This document shows, one piece after another, positions 1 to 14,639 of a DNA stretch of 64,000 nt (position 1 is its first letter; every line of letters begins with the position of its first letter). Made by a program: the position numbers and the translations under genes. The notes below the pieces were generated by a model, which had not been told where the DNA came from, made no database searches, and was given only the letters and a program-made list of their open reading frames with translations. This DNA comes from Phoronis australis (taxonomy: Eukaryota; Animalia; Phoronida), in NCBI GenBank assembly GCA_002633005.1, contig NMRA01000257.1, forward strand, positions 387,574 through 451,573, written 5' to 3'.

Positions 1-570
1 ACACCAACCTGAGCAAGCGTCACCTGAATCATCACAATCAGCACCTGACTCAAGCCAACGCAAATCGACATCTCCACTTTGGGAAACTCCCTCAATTGAG
101 AGCTCTTCAGTGTGTCCTCTGTTGGCAGCTAACAAACACCCACTTCTCTTGATATCATCAGTTAGGCTTGCGGTGTCAGTGCCATCAACACTTCCTTCAA
201 CACGATTCTCCTTCTTAAACGGAGTTGTACAATCACGATCTACGTGAACACTGGAGCAGTCTGCCACTAACGTGTTGCTGGGTGCAACAGAGGACACAGA
301 AGAGACAACTTGATCATGACAAGCGGACAGCGCTTCACTAGAATCCCCAGTTGTAGGAGAGGGTTCACTTGTAACCTCTGCTGTCACAGGTGGTTCATGT
401 GCATCCATGGTAACATTCCCTCCAAAGCCATCAGAAGCTGGGACATCAGTGACTTCATTATCCCATGTATTGAAGTGAATGTCCTCAGGGTCTGATTGTT
501 CACCATCCGTTTGTTCACAAGCTTCGTCTTCTGAGCAAGACTCCTCCTTGGCATGACTCAGCAGTTTAGT
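1..570 (-). CDS. TEX15: TEX15-like coding exon 8 (partial, runs off the window): TKLLSHAKEESCSEDEACEQTDGEQSDPEDIHFNTWD...
   Basis: Acceptor tgtttctctgtcttcag at 571; 190 stop-free codons to the window edge; acidic/Ser-rich. Confidence 0.85.
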
Positions 571-1099
571 CTGAAGACAGAGAAACAATAACGTGAACTT
601 TTTGACACAAAGCGGCATATTTATGATACAATCCAGGTTTTTAGTACATTTTCAATGTAATAGCTCTCCTATGCAAAGCAACTTGTCAAATGCATCTATG
701 TAACCTAAACCTGCATTTTAATCCGGTTTAGCTATCAAATGTTTAATTCAAAATCGAAGAGCTTTTAGGTTTTAAAAACATTACCACACCCACATGATCT
801 TGAATCATTGTCGAATTACCCAGCAAGTGAAGACGTAGGCAAAGTGTACATTTGCGATTTTCGAATCCGCAATTTTAGGGCTGGCTGCCACCAATACACT
901 TTGAAGTGTTTCCGTGAGTCGCTTAAGGTTTCAATTTTCTTTTAAGTAACGGAACTAAAATCTCATCATGGTAAGGAATGAGACTGATTTTGTGAGTACA
1001 CTAGGCCAAATTAAACTTTCGTTTTTTCACCAGCTAAATAGGACAAAATGAACTTGAAAAATGACGATTTTCTGAGTCTAGCCCCCAATAATGTATGAC

Positions 1100-1520
1100 A
1101 ACCAGTGGCCCAGGATCAAGATTTGATTTGGATTGCAACACATGTATACCAATATTTCCATGATCATCCTTGGAGTGATTTCGGTCGGTAGAAAGGCAGA
1201 CGCCAAAAAAAAAGACCCGAAAACAGTGAAAGCAGCCACTAGGTGGAGTAGAATACAACAAATCCATCCAAAAACAAGAAAGTGGTTACATCTCCTAAAT
1301 AGATACCTATTTGGTAAATTTCATGATAATTTTGTCGCGGAACTCCGAAAATACAGAGACAAATGCAAAAACTAAAATTATCACTAGGAGGCACAATGGC
1401 AATTGTAACTGTCCTAAAATTCCCTCATGCTATCTAATTAATGGCAAGAACATGCCCGCAAAATTTCATGAACATCCATCAAGGGGTTTTGAAGATACAG
1501 CAGCAGATGCCAGATGGACG
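1100..1520 (+). mobile_element. Degenerate copy of the CTCF-motif pearl/HINE-like element
   Basis: Similar to units of 33767-35443 (gccactaggtgg at 1235, cactaggaggcac at 1382, aaatttcatgaacatcc...gaagatacag); boundaries approximate. Confidence 0.6.
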
Positions 1521-2090
1521 AGATAATTTTTTTATTGCAAACTACTGAAAGTACAATTATTTCGAAAAATGCAATTACAAAACCAAGTTACCCAACTGCA
1601 CAGGACACAGTGCCTAAAAACTTTCCTCAGCAGAAAATGATTCTCATCTCTAGATTGTTCATGGCATTGGTCAGTAAAATGCCTTCCAACACTGGACTGC
1701 GTTACATCAATTGCAGGAGATTTCTCAATTCATTGATGGAAGAAACCAATTCCTCTTTATGATAAGGAAATTTAATTGGTAATTTTTGGGTAGAGACAAT
1801 AACCATACTTCAAGATTTCCACGTTCAGGATAAGGTAGGGAGATATGCCCATTGTACATTGTTTATTTTTATTTTTTTATGTATTTATTATCATTTACAA
1901 ACAATTACAAAAACAAACAAACAAATAAGTACACCATTCATTCACGCATGCACACCTCAGGAAGACCATTCTCATAATCTCGTTTAAAGTAAATATCTTC
2001 TACATGAAGTTAACATGAACAATAAATTTTTCCCATTTTGCAGAGAAGCTGTCATGTACAAAGTTTTTATGTACATTGTTTATTACTCAC

Positions 2091-2153
2091 ATGTCGGTTA
2101 GTGTCACATTCTTTAGTTACTTGTTCCTTATTAGCCCACTTGGACACAGTAAC
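2091..2153 (-). CDS. TEX15: TEX15-like coding exon 7: VTVSKWANKEQVTKECDTNRH
   Basis: Acceptor tcctttcttacag, donor CAT|GTGAGT; 63 nt, phase 0/0, open. Confidence 0.7.
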
Positions 2154-3110
2154 CTGTAAGAAAGGACATTAGGAAGCATCACAACAGAAGCCTGGCAAAC
2201 ACAACCACAACCACAGGTATTAGCAACAGGCTTTAGTAGAGCACGTGTGGTCTGTAACATTGAACCTTACTTTGAAATCCAAATAGCGGGAATATGAGAA
2301 ACTGACAAATACCATCTAGGCAATGCAACAAGCGAATATACATATCAACCTTTTAAATCCTTACTTCCTTTCTGGACGACAGAACACTAACTTCTGCTTC
2401 AAAAAAGTCTGAAGATCTAAATACATTATTCCACATCCACACAAATACTACTGCCATATTTTCTTGAGAATTCATTTTATCCCGAAACTGAAGGTCGAGT
2501 TAGGCAAATTCCCAGATGAAATGAATTCAAGTTAGGATATCACAGTAGTATTCCTACGTACGTAGGATATTCCACTTATCCCATACATCCAAACTTATTT
2601 GCACTGCAGCGATACCCTGGTGCTGTGTGCGTAAGGACTTGTTATATGACTTAAAATATATGCTAAGCGTACCCATGCCAGTGAAGCAAAAGGATCCACT
2701 ATAATGTTGGGTGACTAGCAAGGTTTTATTTTATAACACATCCTCAAGAATTTTAAGTTTGCAAAAGATACAAATTAAGACCTGGAACCATTCAATAATG
2801 CTGAAAGTTCACTGGAAACTTGGAAACAATCCATCTGGGAGTAAAGCATTTACTGAGGAGTTGTGCAGCAATGTGTCTAGCTTCAATGTTTTTGTTAGTT
2901 TTCTAGGTTTATTTTTCGTTTCTAAGCTTATGGAATTGATGCTGCAGTAAAAGTATTTCCTCCATTGACCACTACATTGGAAAATAACAATGGAAACTGT
3001 GATTATTCAAGAAACAATATCTAATTGTGAAGGTTTAAAGGTGATTTCATGTCAGAAAATGGCTATTGGTGTTCGCGACCAATTCTGCAGCATTATCACA
3101 GACCACCTAC

Positions 3111-4964
3111 CACTGATAGTCTTTTTAGCCTGACCACTGGTCTGAGATAGATAGGTAGGCTGTCATCTAACATGCTGGATTTGCAGGTCTGTGTCACACC
3201 TTCGTCATGCTTTTCTGACCCACAGCTGGCATCAGACATATCCGTACTTTCACAACTGAACAAGTTGCGTTGGGTTTTATGTGCCGTCAGATCGGCAGAA
3301 AATTGCTTTGCGTCATGCAAAACTAACTTCTTCATGCTTCCAGGACAAAACCTCCGATATGTTGGTGGGACAGTAGTGGCCTGCTGACTTTTCACCTCAC
3401 TCTTCACAGGACTTGTTGCATTATGGCCATCACTCGAACGTCTAAATATTGTCCTGTTGGTAAGCCATGACTTCAAACTATGCTTTCCTGAATGATCAGC
3501 TATAGAAGGACACTTGCTCCTCATAAAAAGAGATTTACTAAAGAGTGATGTACAAGAGGAATTAGCCTTAACTAGCTCACACTGAGCCATGTTTTCACAG
3601 GATGAAACAATCTCCTCTTTAATGCTTGCCTTTGATGTGAGCGCCGTAGTATCAACGACTTTATCTTTAACAGTCGATAGGTTAATGCAGTCGGACTTAG
3701 TCACTATAGGATGATGGCCGTCATAAGAACATATTGCACTTTTCTCCTCTCTACTAGTGATAGAACTGTCCTGAGTACCTAAAACACAGTGCATGTCAGA
3801 TAAAGGTGCCATTTTTGAGCAAGTTTCGTTGTCTTCTTTCTTCACGCGTTGTCCGTCCATAGCTGAACCCAAGCTGCTGGGTTTACCTGCCTTTCTCTCT
3901 TTTTTCGGTAAATCAGCCTGTTTGAAGCTTCGTGAATTACTGTCTCTATCCTCCACTGTCCTTTGGGAAACATGCTCCTTGCTCACAAGCTTCAGTTTCC
4001 TGTCTTTGTTCAAGCACGATGAAGCAGGAATAGGTTCAATCCCTGTTCGTTTCCGACCGGGGTAGTCATCAACTGAAACAGCTCTGCCACCATTAGCCTC
4101 TTTCACAAGATGGCCACTTTTCTCCACATGCTCACCAATGGAGTCCCTGCTCATGTGAATACTAAGAGAATCTTTATCCCTTTTCTGTTTCTTTTTCTTT
4201 TTGCATTTATCAGCAGTGTTTGAAATGTCCGTCAAGCTATCAGACTTAAAACTCATACCTTTGCCAAGTTCATGGCCATCAGCAGTTTTACAGCTCGGGG
4301 TCGACATACACTTAGAAGGTTTACTGCTCCGTTTTTTAGTATGCTCCCTTTTCAATTGTTTGCTCTCCCTCTCATGTTCATTGACATCGAGACGAACTGC
4401 ACCGTTTCCACTGTCTTGCACCAGCATCACGTCAATATCCTTATTCATGCCTTCTTTAGACGTTTTGACGAAAAAACTTTTAGGACTGTTAGTTGAGGTT
4501 CTTTTGACAGAAGTTTTATGAGAATCGCACTCTATATGATACGGAGGGAAAATGTAGTGACCACATATATAGGTAGTGTTACCGTATAACTGATCGTCAA
4601 CACCAGAAACCTCACTAGGAGAGCACGTCAAGACAACTTCCTCCTTAATACCACCACTGTCATCCAACAAAGGCTTGCCAATACCAGTCGAGCTATTCTC
4701 TTTGCAAGACGTTTTGCTGGATTTGGTAACTAGCTGGATACGTTCACCTGATTGGTAGTTGTTTGTAAGCCACTCCGAGTCATTCAGTTTAGTACACACC
4801 CGTGACACATTGTTGGACTGAGACATGTGAGATATCACAGCGGGTTCACAAGTCTTGCCTGTGGACGTCACGGGCACACTCTCAAGAGACACTACTGCAT
4901 AAGGTAACACATGACGAGGTCGCTTCCTGGGTAGGGCTTTATCGTCATACTCATATAGATAGAC
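3111..4964 (-). CDS. TEX15: TEX15-like large coding exon 6 (618 codons): end of DUF3715 (VYLYEYDDKALPRKRPRHVLPYAVV), then a Ser/Lys-rich disordered region ending LRPVVRLKRLSV
   Basis: Acceptor tttctcccgtctcttaacag at 4965; donor GTG|GTAGGT at 3110; 1854 nt stop-free (ORF-track 604 aa ORF); YEY...PR..LPYAVV is the DUF3715 C-terminal motif; basic NLS-like KKKKKQKR. Confidence 0.92.
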
Positions 4965-5529
4965 CTGTTAAGAGACGGGAGAAACTAGCAGTTAGTTACA
5001 ACTCTGCTGAAAGATGACTAGGGTGGGACACCTATATTGCAGCAAATAAATAAATTAAAAACTCTCTGGTATAGCATTGCCCTACCCCAATGAAAATGTA
5101 GCTAAACTAATTTTCTAATGCTTAATTTTCTAAATCAGTCAACTTCCAGGAGAAAACAACCTGTGCGAAGTCAAACTCAAGTTAGCAAAGTGAAGCTACA
5201 TAAACTTTGTCTGCATAGCAGTCTCTGCCTCCTACCACAAGCTGCAGGTGGTGCTGGCCAACTGTCATGCTGGGAATAATTGGGGTCATTAAGTAAAAAG
5301 AAAATTACACATAAGTGGATTACCTTCATCAATTATTTATAGATGTCTGCACGCAAACTACTAAAATTGCGAATATTCTACCTTGCTATCTTGTCCATCT
5401 ATTACACAAGTCTAAACGTTAATAACACCAAAACACAGCATGCGCGTTTATCAACATCATGTTGGCATATAAACACAGTGTCATAACACAGTACAGCACA
5501 TCCCTTGTTACTCGGTGAAATGAAATTTC

Positions 5530-6080
5530 TCCAAGTGTGTTGCTCCGTTTCTGCTAGGATTTTTCTGATTTTTTCTGTGGATAGATCATTCCAAGGACTA
5601 TCACAAATGTTTCATTTCTTTTTCTCTAGGTATTATCGTTCTCGAGATTTTGCGAGGACTGGTCTCCACTAAACAGAGTTTTTGTGCTGCATCTACGGCG
5701 TTACTACATAAATCTGTCTGACATTTGGTATGTGGATAGATCTTTTCAAGCGCTAACACCATAGTGAAACCCACTGTTCCTTACGACTTCATGTTCTCAA
5801 GATATTCCAGATTTACCGCTCAGACAGTTAGTTATCAATAGCTGTTTTTTGTTACTCTATATTTGACGCATTTTTCGTCTCACTGACATGAAATTTACGC
5901 ACATATTTGTTTAGTAAATAGGTGGAGGACATTTGTTTTTAGGCGAAATCGGACACAAGATGGCGCAGTGACGGCCCTTTCTTCGAATTATGTTTGTCAT
6001 TGAGGAGCTTTAACTAAACGAGCCTTTGACCAAACTTTTTTAAATTTGATATGTAAATAGATCTCCGAACAGGCGATCTA
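5530..6080 (-). mobile_element. Degenerate HINE-like repeat of a second family (related to 54420-55225)
   Basis: The reverse complement contains aaagggccgtcactgcgccatcttgtgtccgatt, resembling aaaatggccgccatgtccgccattttggatccgatt at 55070; boundaries approximate. Confidence 0.4.
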
Positions 6081-8296
6081 ATACGTTGGCCTAATAGGCA
6101 TTGAGGTCACCATTGTTGATGTTCTTGGTTTCGTCGTTGACCTCACATTAATGGAGGCCCTGACTGACAACTGCCAAGCTAAATTTAATTTAATTGCTAA
6201 GAAAACAAAATATTTTTAAGACAAAAAGAAAATTATTTTAAAAGCAAATCATGTTCAAAAAGAAAATCTGATACAAAGCAATTTCAAAAATATTTTGAAA
6301 GAAAAAAGTTTAAAAGGGACAAAAAATTAAAAGTAAAACGTGGTTAAATAGAAAATCTGATGAAAAACATTTTTAAAAATATTTTGAAAGTAAAACAGTT
6401 TCAAAAATATAAACAATTATTGAAACCAAAATAAAATCACCATTAAAGACAAAACTCTTGCTTTTCCTTTGCACTTTCAAATGATTTTAAAATGAAAGCA
6501 GCCCCCACCCACAGCTCATTCACTGACAATTATCACAGGAATGTAGGTCTATTTGTGGCCATATGTACAACCATTCATTGATAGATTAAGCTGACTAAGT
6601 GACCTAATGTTTGTAAACAGCAAGTTAATGAGCCTGTAGCAAAAGGGCCCAACAAAATGTTGGGTGGGCCAATAAAAGATTAATCTGGACTGTGAACACT
6701 CATAATGATACCAAGGAAATTCCACATAACAACAGAGACAAAAGATTAAAGAGAATTTTCAGACAGGTTAACAACAAATACAGATACTGGATGGAGACTG
6801 CAGTGAACTGAAATATGAAAATGAACCCAGCAAATTAGCTATATCTGATGCTTGGTGATTGGTGGAATATTTTGGAACTTGGTTGGCTATGTTGTTACTA
6901 AACGAAAAACAGCATTTTTACACCGATTTCCACAGAAGATTCCTAGTGTCAACGAGTGAAATTTTCTTTAACTCGGTCAACTTGGGTAAAAATCTTGCCA
7001 GCGAAAATGAAAAACTACACAAAAACGTTGACAACCAAGAGGACAGGAAACACATCTAATAAATATGAAATTCTGGACAAGGAGCTAGCTGCAGTTATTA
7101 ATTTGCGTCATTTCTTCCCAAAACTTCAGTTACAATGATGTGCATTTAGCGCCAGTGCCCAAGGAGTGAGTCCCCGTTGACATTGTCCGACCTGTTTGTA
7201 TTTAATTGAAATGCCAGCATACTCGTCCCATCGTTCAGGTAATTAGAACTTGGATACATCATATAAATACACACAGACAGGACAATTTCTCCAGGGTGAC
7301 ACTGATTTTTTTTAAGTGTCAGCTGTGCAACAATTTTTCACAGATCTTCACGCAAACGTTCGTTGTCACGCAGCAGAAAGTACTGGTTTAGTACCCTGAA
7401 AGTCAGTTATCTTCTGCTCAGCTGGACAATAGGTCATACAGGGTGCATTAAATTCTGATTAATAGAGGGACAATAAACTTGGGGCAATAAAATGTGCACT
7501 AAACTGGCTGATTTTCACCAAGATTTCCTGTCATAACAGCTAAGCCAGCTCTACTGCTTGACCCAGAAAAATTTCCGTCAGCTTTCATGAGTAAGCCACT
7601 TGTGCTGGTTAAAGAACATATTTTGATCGTAACTTATTTTTCTCACTTTAACTTTGAAAACTATGCCAAGGTGACCATTACCTCTCTTCTTAGATACAGC
7701 ACCAACAACATTTTCTAGCTTGGCCTGAATTTTTTGCACTGACCTGGAAAATTAGGTCACCAATTTGGAATGGAACCAGGAAATGTCCCACGAACACACT
7801 GGTGCAAAGCAAGACCAAAATTCATAACTTCTTTCCTGAGTTAATGAGTCACCAACTTCAGTACGGTAATGACTGTCGAAACTCCATGGCAACTCGTGAC
7901 ACAGGACTAGCAAAAAAGTGTGAACTGTGTATTCAAGGTCCACTGGGGGCATCCTGCGAAGGTGACAGTCAATGCCTGATGAGACTTTTTAATCGATGCG
8001 CTCTTTAATAGCAACCAAATTTCTCCTATTTCAGGTAACCATGGGGAAGAAAAATTTTCTTTCGTTTTTGCAAAAATTCACATTTCCGACTACTTTTCAA
8101 TTTTTGGTAAATTTTCTTATGATTTCCTTTCATGATGTTCGACACAATGTCAGCACAATGTTTTCAACTGCCGAGTACTTTTCCTGGAGGGGGCATATCC
8201 ATAAAAATGATGATCCCTGACATAACATGTTGTTTGTATCTCACAATCAGGATGTGTACAGCACAAACAAACCTCCAACAGTTCACACATACTTAC

Positions 8297-8437
8297 AGAA
8301 GAATGGATCAGCTGTGACCTTAAGTGATCTTCCACTGCAGCTTCAGTTGAAGAGATGTGCCCGCAACAGTTTGGTGTTGGATCAAGACTGGCTCGAGATT
8401 TGCTTGGCTCGACTTTTTTTACTTTACCCAAAGCCAC
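8297..8437 (-). CDS. TEX15: TEX15-like coding exon 5: VALGKVKKVEPSKSRASLDPTPNCCGHISSTEAAVEDHLRSQLIHSS
   Basis: Acceptor ttctctcttgaatcaccag, donor TCT|GTAAGT; 141 nt, phase 0/0; GKVKK..PS....LDP.PN...H.S signature of the TEX15/TASOR DUF3715 domain. Confidence 0.92.
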
Positions 8438-10116
8438 CTGGTGATTCAAGAGAGAACCAGTTCCATGACTCGAAATTAACTACAGTTACCTATAACATAC
8501 TCCAATACATACGACTTACCTTGAAAATTTAATACTATACTAGTGCAAAATGGTGAATTTAGCCCAGTTTGTGGACAAACGGTAACGCTTTTGCGGAGTG
8601 ATTACTATTTCAAACACTGCCAAGAGAGGGAGCAACACAATTCAAGATCCATAGCAGCTAGCATACGAATTACCCAACTCAAAACTGCCAATGGAGAGAG
8701 CCAGTGTACCAAGTTGAATTCCTTGCAATAGACTGCATGTAGAAGTCTCCAAATCCAACGACTTATACAAGAATTCTAAACCTCAAGCAAGGCAGTCACA
8801 TTGGAGGACTGTCTTTGTAAAGGAGGTTTGTAGCTGGGCTTTCAAATACGGAGTGATACATTGCAACTTTCTCTCCCCGAGTGGCCTTCCAGGCAGATCT
8901 TCCCTGAAAATCCTTCAAAATCTTCCCCACTGTTAAGTGATCCATGTAACCATTGTCTGCTTTCACAATATGCAAGCCATGTTACAAACCCTATCACGAG
9001 TAATTGCCAAAAATACAGAATTTTCAGTACATTAAATCTAACTTCTTCTTAAATGGATTTAAAAGGATGATTTATGCCATTTTTATTATATTTCTACCCG
9101 TAATGTTTCTTTAACATTACTCATTCTATTTATAGCCACTACTTTTGCATTCACACACCTCATCCCATACCACAAGCAAAAAGATTCTGATAAATACTGC
9201 AAACAAAATATACGCAAATCAGTAAATTTCGCGGTGAAAAGCAGTCATGAAATTATCATTTGCATTGCAACTACTAATTAAAGGTAAAGTTTTTATTCGC
9301 AAAAACTATAGGACAAATTGTGTTTGCTGAATTTTCTACTCATAGTAGCATGTATATAAGCACTCAAACAAAACAAAACCGACATAGGGGCTCATACTTG
9401 TTCAATGAAAACAAATTTGGTTGTACATGCCAGAAATTGTTCATTACTTACTTTCATTTTACATGAGAATTAGAAGACAAGAACGTTAAGTTCTATTAAG
9501 AGAACTCAGATTGCATTAACCTGTTAGTGATAATAAGTCATTTGGGAAGAGCAATTCAAATAAATTTCAATTATAAAGATATAGTAAAACACTAAATTTT
9601 GATTTAGATCCCTTATCGGCCAGTCTCAATAAGTGTTCTTAACTTAGTACAACTTCTGCACTTGAATAGAAGAGGTAGTTCAGGTTATTCTTTGACTACG
9701 GACTCAACAGGTTGGCTTGAGCCTGTAAATATAGTTGTTTACGCACAGGTAACCAGTCTAGCTGGTGGTCGCTTTACATGACCAGCCTGTTCTACAGCAG
9801 TACAAACTGTCACTGGTTGCCAAGCCCAGAAATTACCTGCAGCGTAATACAAGAAGGTTTAAGTACACACGTGGCGTGAGTTCCGTAGACCTATAGTTTC
9901 TTGCGAGAAATGCGACAACTCACATCTGACTTTGCGAGATATCACCACGCATTACAAGGGAAACATGTGATCACACTAATGATCAGCACTGTAGGATTTC
10001 AATAGATAGAGCTCAAATAGTTCAACGGAATGTTTATGTCTGATAGTAGACAACCCAAATCCTTCAACTTAACATCAACATGAAATAAACCCTTCAACTT
10101 GCCAACAGACACAAAT

Positions 10117-10372
10117 CCACAGCTCAAGTCCACAGCCCAAGACCACAGTTCAGGTCCACAGCCCAAGACCACTGTCCAAGTCCACAGCCCAGACCACAGC
10201 CCACAGCCCAACTCCACAGCCGAGACCACAGTCCANACAGCCCAGACCACAGACCACAGCTCAGACCACAGCCCACAGCTCAGACCACAGCCCACAGCCC
10301 AACTCCACAGCCGAGACCACAGTCCAAGTCCACAACCAAGACCACAGCCAAGACCACAGTCCAAGTCCACAG
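10117..10372. repeat. (CCACAG/CCAGAC/CCAAGT)-type degenerate hexamer microsatellite
   Basis: Many ccacagcccagaccacag units; single N at 10235. Confidence 0.85.
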
Positions 10373-12802
10373 GCAGACTGTTGAGCCAGCAGCACCTCAC
10401 TCTAGCCTACATCTAGTGACAATGGTACCACTATACACACACACTACCTCCACAACTGGAACAACTGAAGGGTCACCAGACCACACTACCAGCTAACAGC
10501 CCTGAGATCAATAGACTGAATGAAAAAGTGACCAGGTGAATAGAACAAAAGGTTGAATAACACATTATGTTGATACAGTGATGCAGTTGTTCCCAGCATC
10601 CAACCACCTCAATACAAGAACAGATGGGGAGTCAAGAAGCACTGGGCTTTAGGACTAGACCAACAGAATGGTGCACCATGCAAGATTCTTAACTCTCCAA
10701 CCATTTTCCCCATTCAGACCAAAAGTATGACCAGATTCCTCACAGTGGGTGTAACACAACCAAGTCATAGGTGCCACTGTAGCTGGATTACCTTTCGATT
10801 CTCAGTCCAGTAAAAATTAAAACGTTTCTGTATCATATTTCTCCACTGGATGACTCATCTCCATTATCACTTGTAAGATAGTTCCAAGAGTAATCCCGCA
10901 GTATTAACCTCGGAGCAACCCAGTCTCAAGGTAATTATACCATAAGTTTTCTTTTTACTGGCAAACACTGCTGGTGTCCCTTCTTAGCTTCAAATGGAAA
11001 TGCACGGGGTGCTTCGTACAGACATCGTTATTCTTTTTACCAATACAAGTAATATGCAAATGTACATTCGGTGTACATTTCCATGGGGTATATGTTAACG
11101 AACAGATTTAAAGTACTGCCTGTAGACCAATGTCAAAAGTTATTCACCTATTCATTGATGAAGCGAAAAAGAAGCCAAACTATGAAGCACACAAGCTTGA
11201 TCACTACAACTGACTCATCAGGACAAGATTCTCAGTACTAAATGTGACACGCGATGGTGTGCAAAGGCAACGCTCGAGTCCACAGTGATTTTGGTTTTCA
11301 ACACTTCCCATCCGAAAAGTAAATAGAATAGAGAAAATGACCATGCCACATGATAGAGGATCCAAGGAAATTCTACATTTTCCACCACTGGCAATGAATG
11401 ATGTCTTGAAGACTTGGCCAGCTTTAGTTTTCAAGTGTCTAGTAGACTGTAAATCTTGTCATATTTTATCATTTATTCAAAAGCTTTTACTAGAACAGAA
11501 CGCAATGCAGATAACATCCTTGATTTACCATAAGAAGATGGACGTATTTTAATTTCCTTTACATTCCACAGACCGGGCCTCAATCTGAAAATGCCGTTTT
11601 TCAGAAACCCAGCATTTATTACTTAGTCCAAAATTTTAACGATAAAGAGGCATTTACGTATAAACTTCAACAAACCTTCTATTGGATTCTGTTAGCAGTC
11701 TTAACAATTGAGTGTACCACTTTTCGAACCCATCTGATTAAAGTCACTTTAAACAACACTAGAAAGTGATTTTCCATGTTCCAGTACATCCAAATATGTA
11801 GCTAATGTCATTACAAACTGTGACAAATTTACAGCTTTAGTTATGCAATGACTGAGGTCATGAAATAATTAAGGGCCAGACTTGACTTGCAGACTACAAC
11901 TGCCTGCGACTTACCATACTTATTTATGTATGAACTTTGTTTAACATTTGAATCTTTGTTCCAGTTCACTCTGGAAGCCACTCTATAAATTTTTTATGAA
12001 CTCTTCAACGAAACCAAAAAATAAACCAGAAACAAAGGATAGATCGTCTACGCATGACGTGGAGGCTGTCACTCGTTGCCGTGCTTAGCTTCGCTTTCGT
12101 ATCTCACAAGGATATTATTGACATCTCTATAAATGGGGCTTAACATACACAAATGAGTTTACATCTCCAAAAATGATAAACTATTGATGGGTCAACATTA
12201 TACATGTGGTCAACTGTACACATTTTGGATTTAGGCAGCCATTTATAGAACTAGGTCATTCGACAGGTACTGAAAATGTAAATAAGTGAAGCAATCGATG
12301 AGCCCTGCAGTCATCAGACTTTGAAAAAATGTTTGTCAGGGAATCACTGATAAATAAATACTCTTGTCTTAAAGGTATAGACCCAAACTTCTTTCGTGTG
12401 TACGCACATAAAACTTGAACTGGGAACAAACGCACATTCCACCAAGTCCCCATTTTTGTCGTCACCTCAGTACAATATATAATGTCATACAAACTAAGCC
12501 GAACACAATTCCAATTGTAGCGACTCACTGCTGCTGCCAGCACAGAATCACATGGACGAATCAAAATTGTCGTCTGTTAAGATGTCATGTGATCCAAACC
12601 TACTAAGTTAATTCTCTACGCGTTGCTGGTGAGCTGTCCTGTTGGTCGCGTTGAGGAGATTTCTGTCTATAACTTATGAGGCATCTCAAACCAGAATTAT
12701 TTGTAACTTGTTAAAACCTTGATCCTCATACTTGAAGCTCAAGTCTGTCACATGATGCTCACTTACTGAGAGATACCTGAAAAGTTTAACTTGCAAACTG
12801 AC

Positions 12803-12903
12803 CTTGAAAATCACCAGCTTCAACTTCTTGTGACCTTCGTGTTCTGCTACCTTCAACAACACATCGGCATACTTTACAACTTGCACACCTGCACTCAACC
12901 GAC
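12803..12903 (-). CDS. TEX15: TEX15-like coding exon 4: (G)RLSAGVQVVKYADVLLKVAEHEGHKKLKLVIFK
   Basis: Acceptor cctattttcag, donor AAG|GTCAGT; 101 nt, phase 1 to 0; GV...(H/Y)AD...IFK core of DUF3715. Confidence 0.9.
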
Positions 12904-14639
12904 CTGAAAATAGGCACGTGAGAAAAGGCTCAAGAATGAGGTTGGCAATGACATGTGGAAATCCCACGAAATGGCCTAACTCGGAGACCCCATTGGTGAT
13001 TGCACTATCTACCACCTCGGTATCTCTATGAGACATTAACCCCGAGTCACTGAATATCATCCACTTATCAATTTCACCTTAATTTATTAATCACTTGTGG
13101 TCTTTGCTTTATATCTCAATGTGACAAATGAATGTTGTTTGAACAGCTTTTCACGTTTATCAGTGAAGATTGAGCCGCAGGCACAGGAGAAACTATACAG
13201 GCAAAAAGATTAACTCCGATTTAAGCTCTACTAAAACCCTAATGACAATTGCCAGACCACTTGTTATGCTGGTAATTTGCATTCGTCAAAACTTTAATCG
13301 CTTAATAAATCACAAATTATATTTTCAAAGAACATCAATACTTAAGAGTGTCTGCATGTACGATATCAATCGTCTGAGAACATGACTTGTCACAATTTTT
13401 GAAATTGGTGTCATATTATTATCTCTTGTGCTGACCTAAATCCAAAAAAGTGAACACTAGTTGTTTCAAGTCTCTTCATAAAAAAGAACAATTTGTCGCC
13501 AATCTTGCTCAAAAACTTAGCCACATTCGAAAGTTTAATAAGTCTTTAAAACATGTATGAACAAATATAAATGTACCAGTCTCCATGAAAAGTACATATA
13601 ATGCATCATCTGGTGTCCAGCGGATATCAGGCAACAGTGATTACGTTTAGTGGGAGGTCATGGAGTGCACAGGCTATGATCCACGGAAATCTTTACATCA
13701 ACTAACATGTCAAGCAATCCTCTTTCAGATGAGGCGTGTCTTTTTTCCGTGGAATGTTGGTCACTAGGAACATATGCACTTGAATACTACCTATATTCTC
13801 AGCATAACCCCTTAAGAGTTAAGGCTCAAAACCTGTTTGAAATGAAGGACTTGCAATGAAATTTCGATTAATGTTTTTGCATATTCTGACCAACTTAGGA
13901 CAAGATTCATGCTAGAAATGTTAAATAGTTTTCTTCTATTGGTATTTCGCGGCAGTTGCCTCAAATTAGGTAAAATTGGTGTAATCACAGGTCAAAAATT
14001 CATTCCCAAAATGAAAAGGTCAATTTTACAGAAGCTGCTAAAAACATTTCAGGTATTAATCATCCCACCTAGGTGTTCAAATAAGCTATAGGTCAAAAAT
14101 CTGTGATATGTCATGTTCTCACTTTGCCTGGTGTTGTTATGCGGTCAGTCTTAAAGGTAAAAAAGGACTTAATCCCAATTTGGCTCTCTTCGAAACGTCA
14201 TATCTCAGACAAGGCTGATTGGAGTCATATAAAACAGATACTATACCTTATGCAAAGCTCACCAAAAGTTTATAAAATTTCCACTTTTGCATAACAGGCT
14301 ATCAAAAAGCACTTTTATGATTTTCTTGAAAAAAACTTAAAAGATGCATAAAATGCAATGATTATTGAGAAAGCTGAACAGTGCATATTGAACAACAGCG
14401 TTCTGAAAGAAGTTTTTAAAGTCTGCCAGTACCTTTTAACAAAATGGACAAATGTGTGCACCAACAATAACACCACCAACACAGACACAGATGACAAAGC
14501 GACCCCAAAACACTGATAACAACGCTAACGTACCAACAACAACGATCAAACCGCAAATAACGACGTCACTTATACGAAACCAACTCCAAAAATGATGATG
14601 CCAACAATTGTAATGCCGTTGACAACAACCACGCCACCC

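Noticed and set aside
3096-4910. 604-aa stand-alone single-exon gene, as the ORF track suggests
   Set aside because: Its GTG start and stop are not real boundaries: an acceptor at 4965 and a donor at 3110 make it an internal exon. A read-through isoform ending VVGGL* cannot be excluded but is unsupported.
9999-10416. CGLG/PQP-repeat ORFs on both strands
   Set aside because: Translations of a hexamer microsatellite containing an N.
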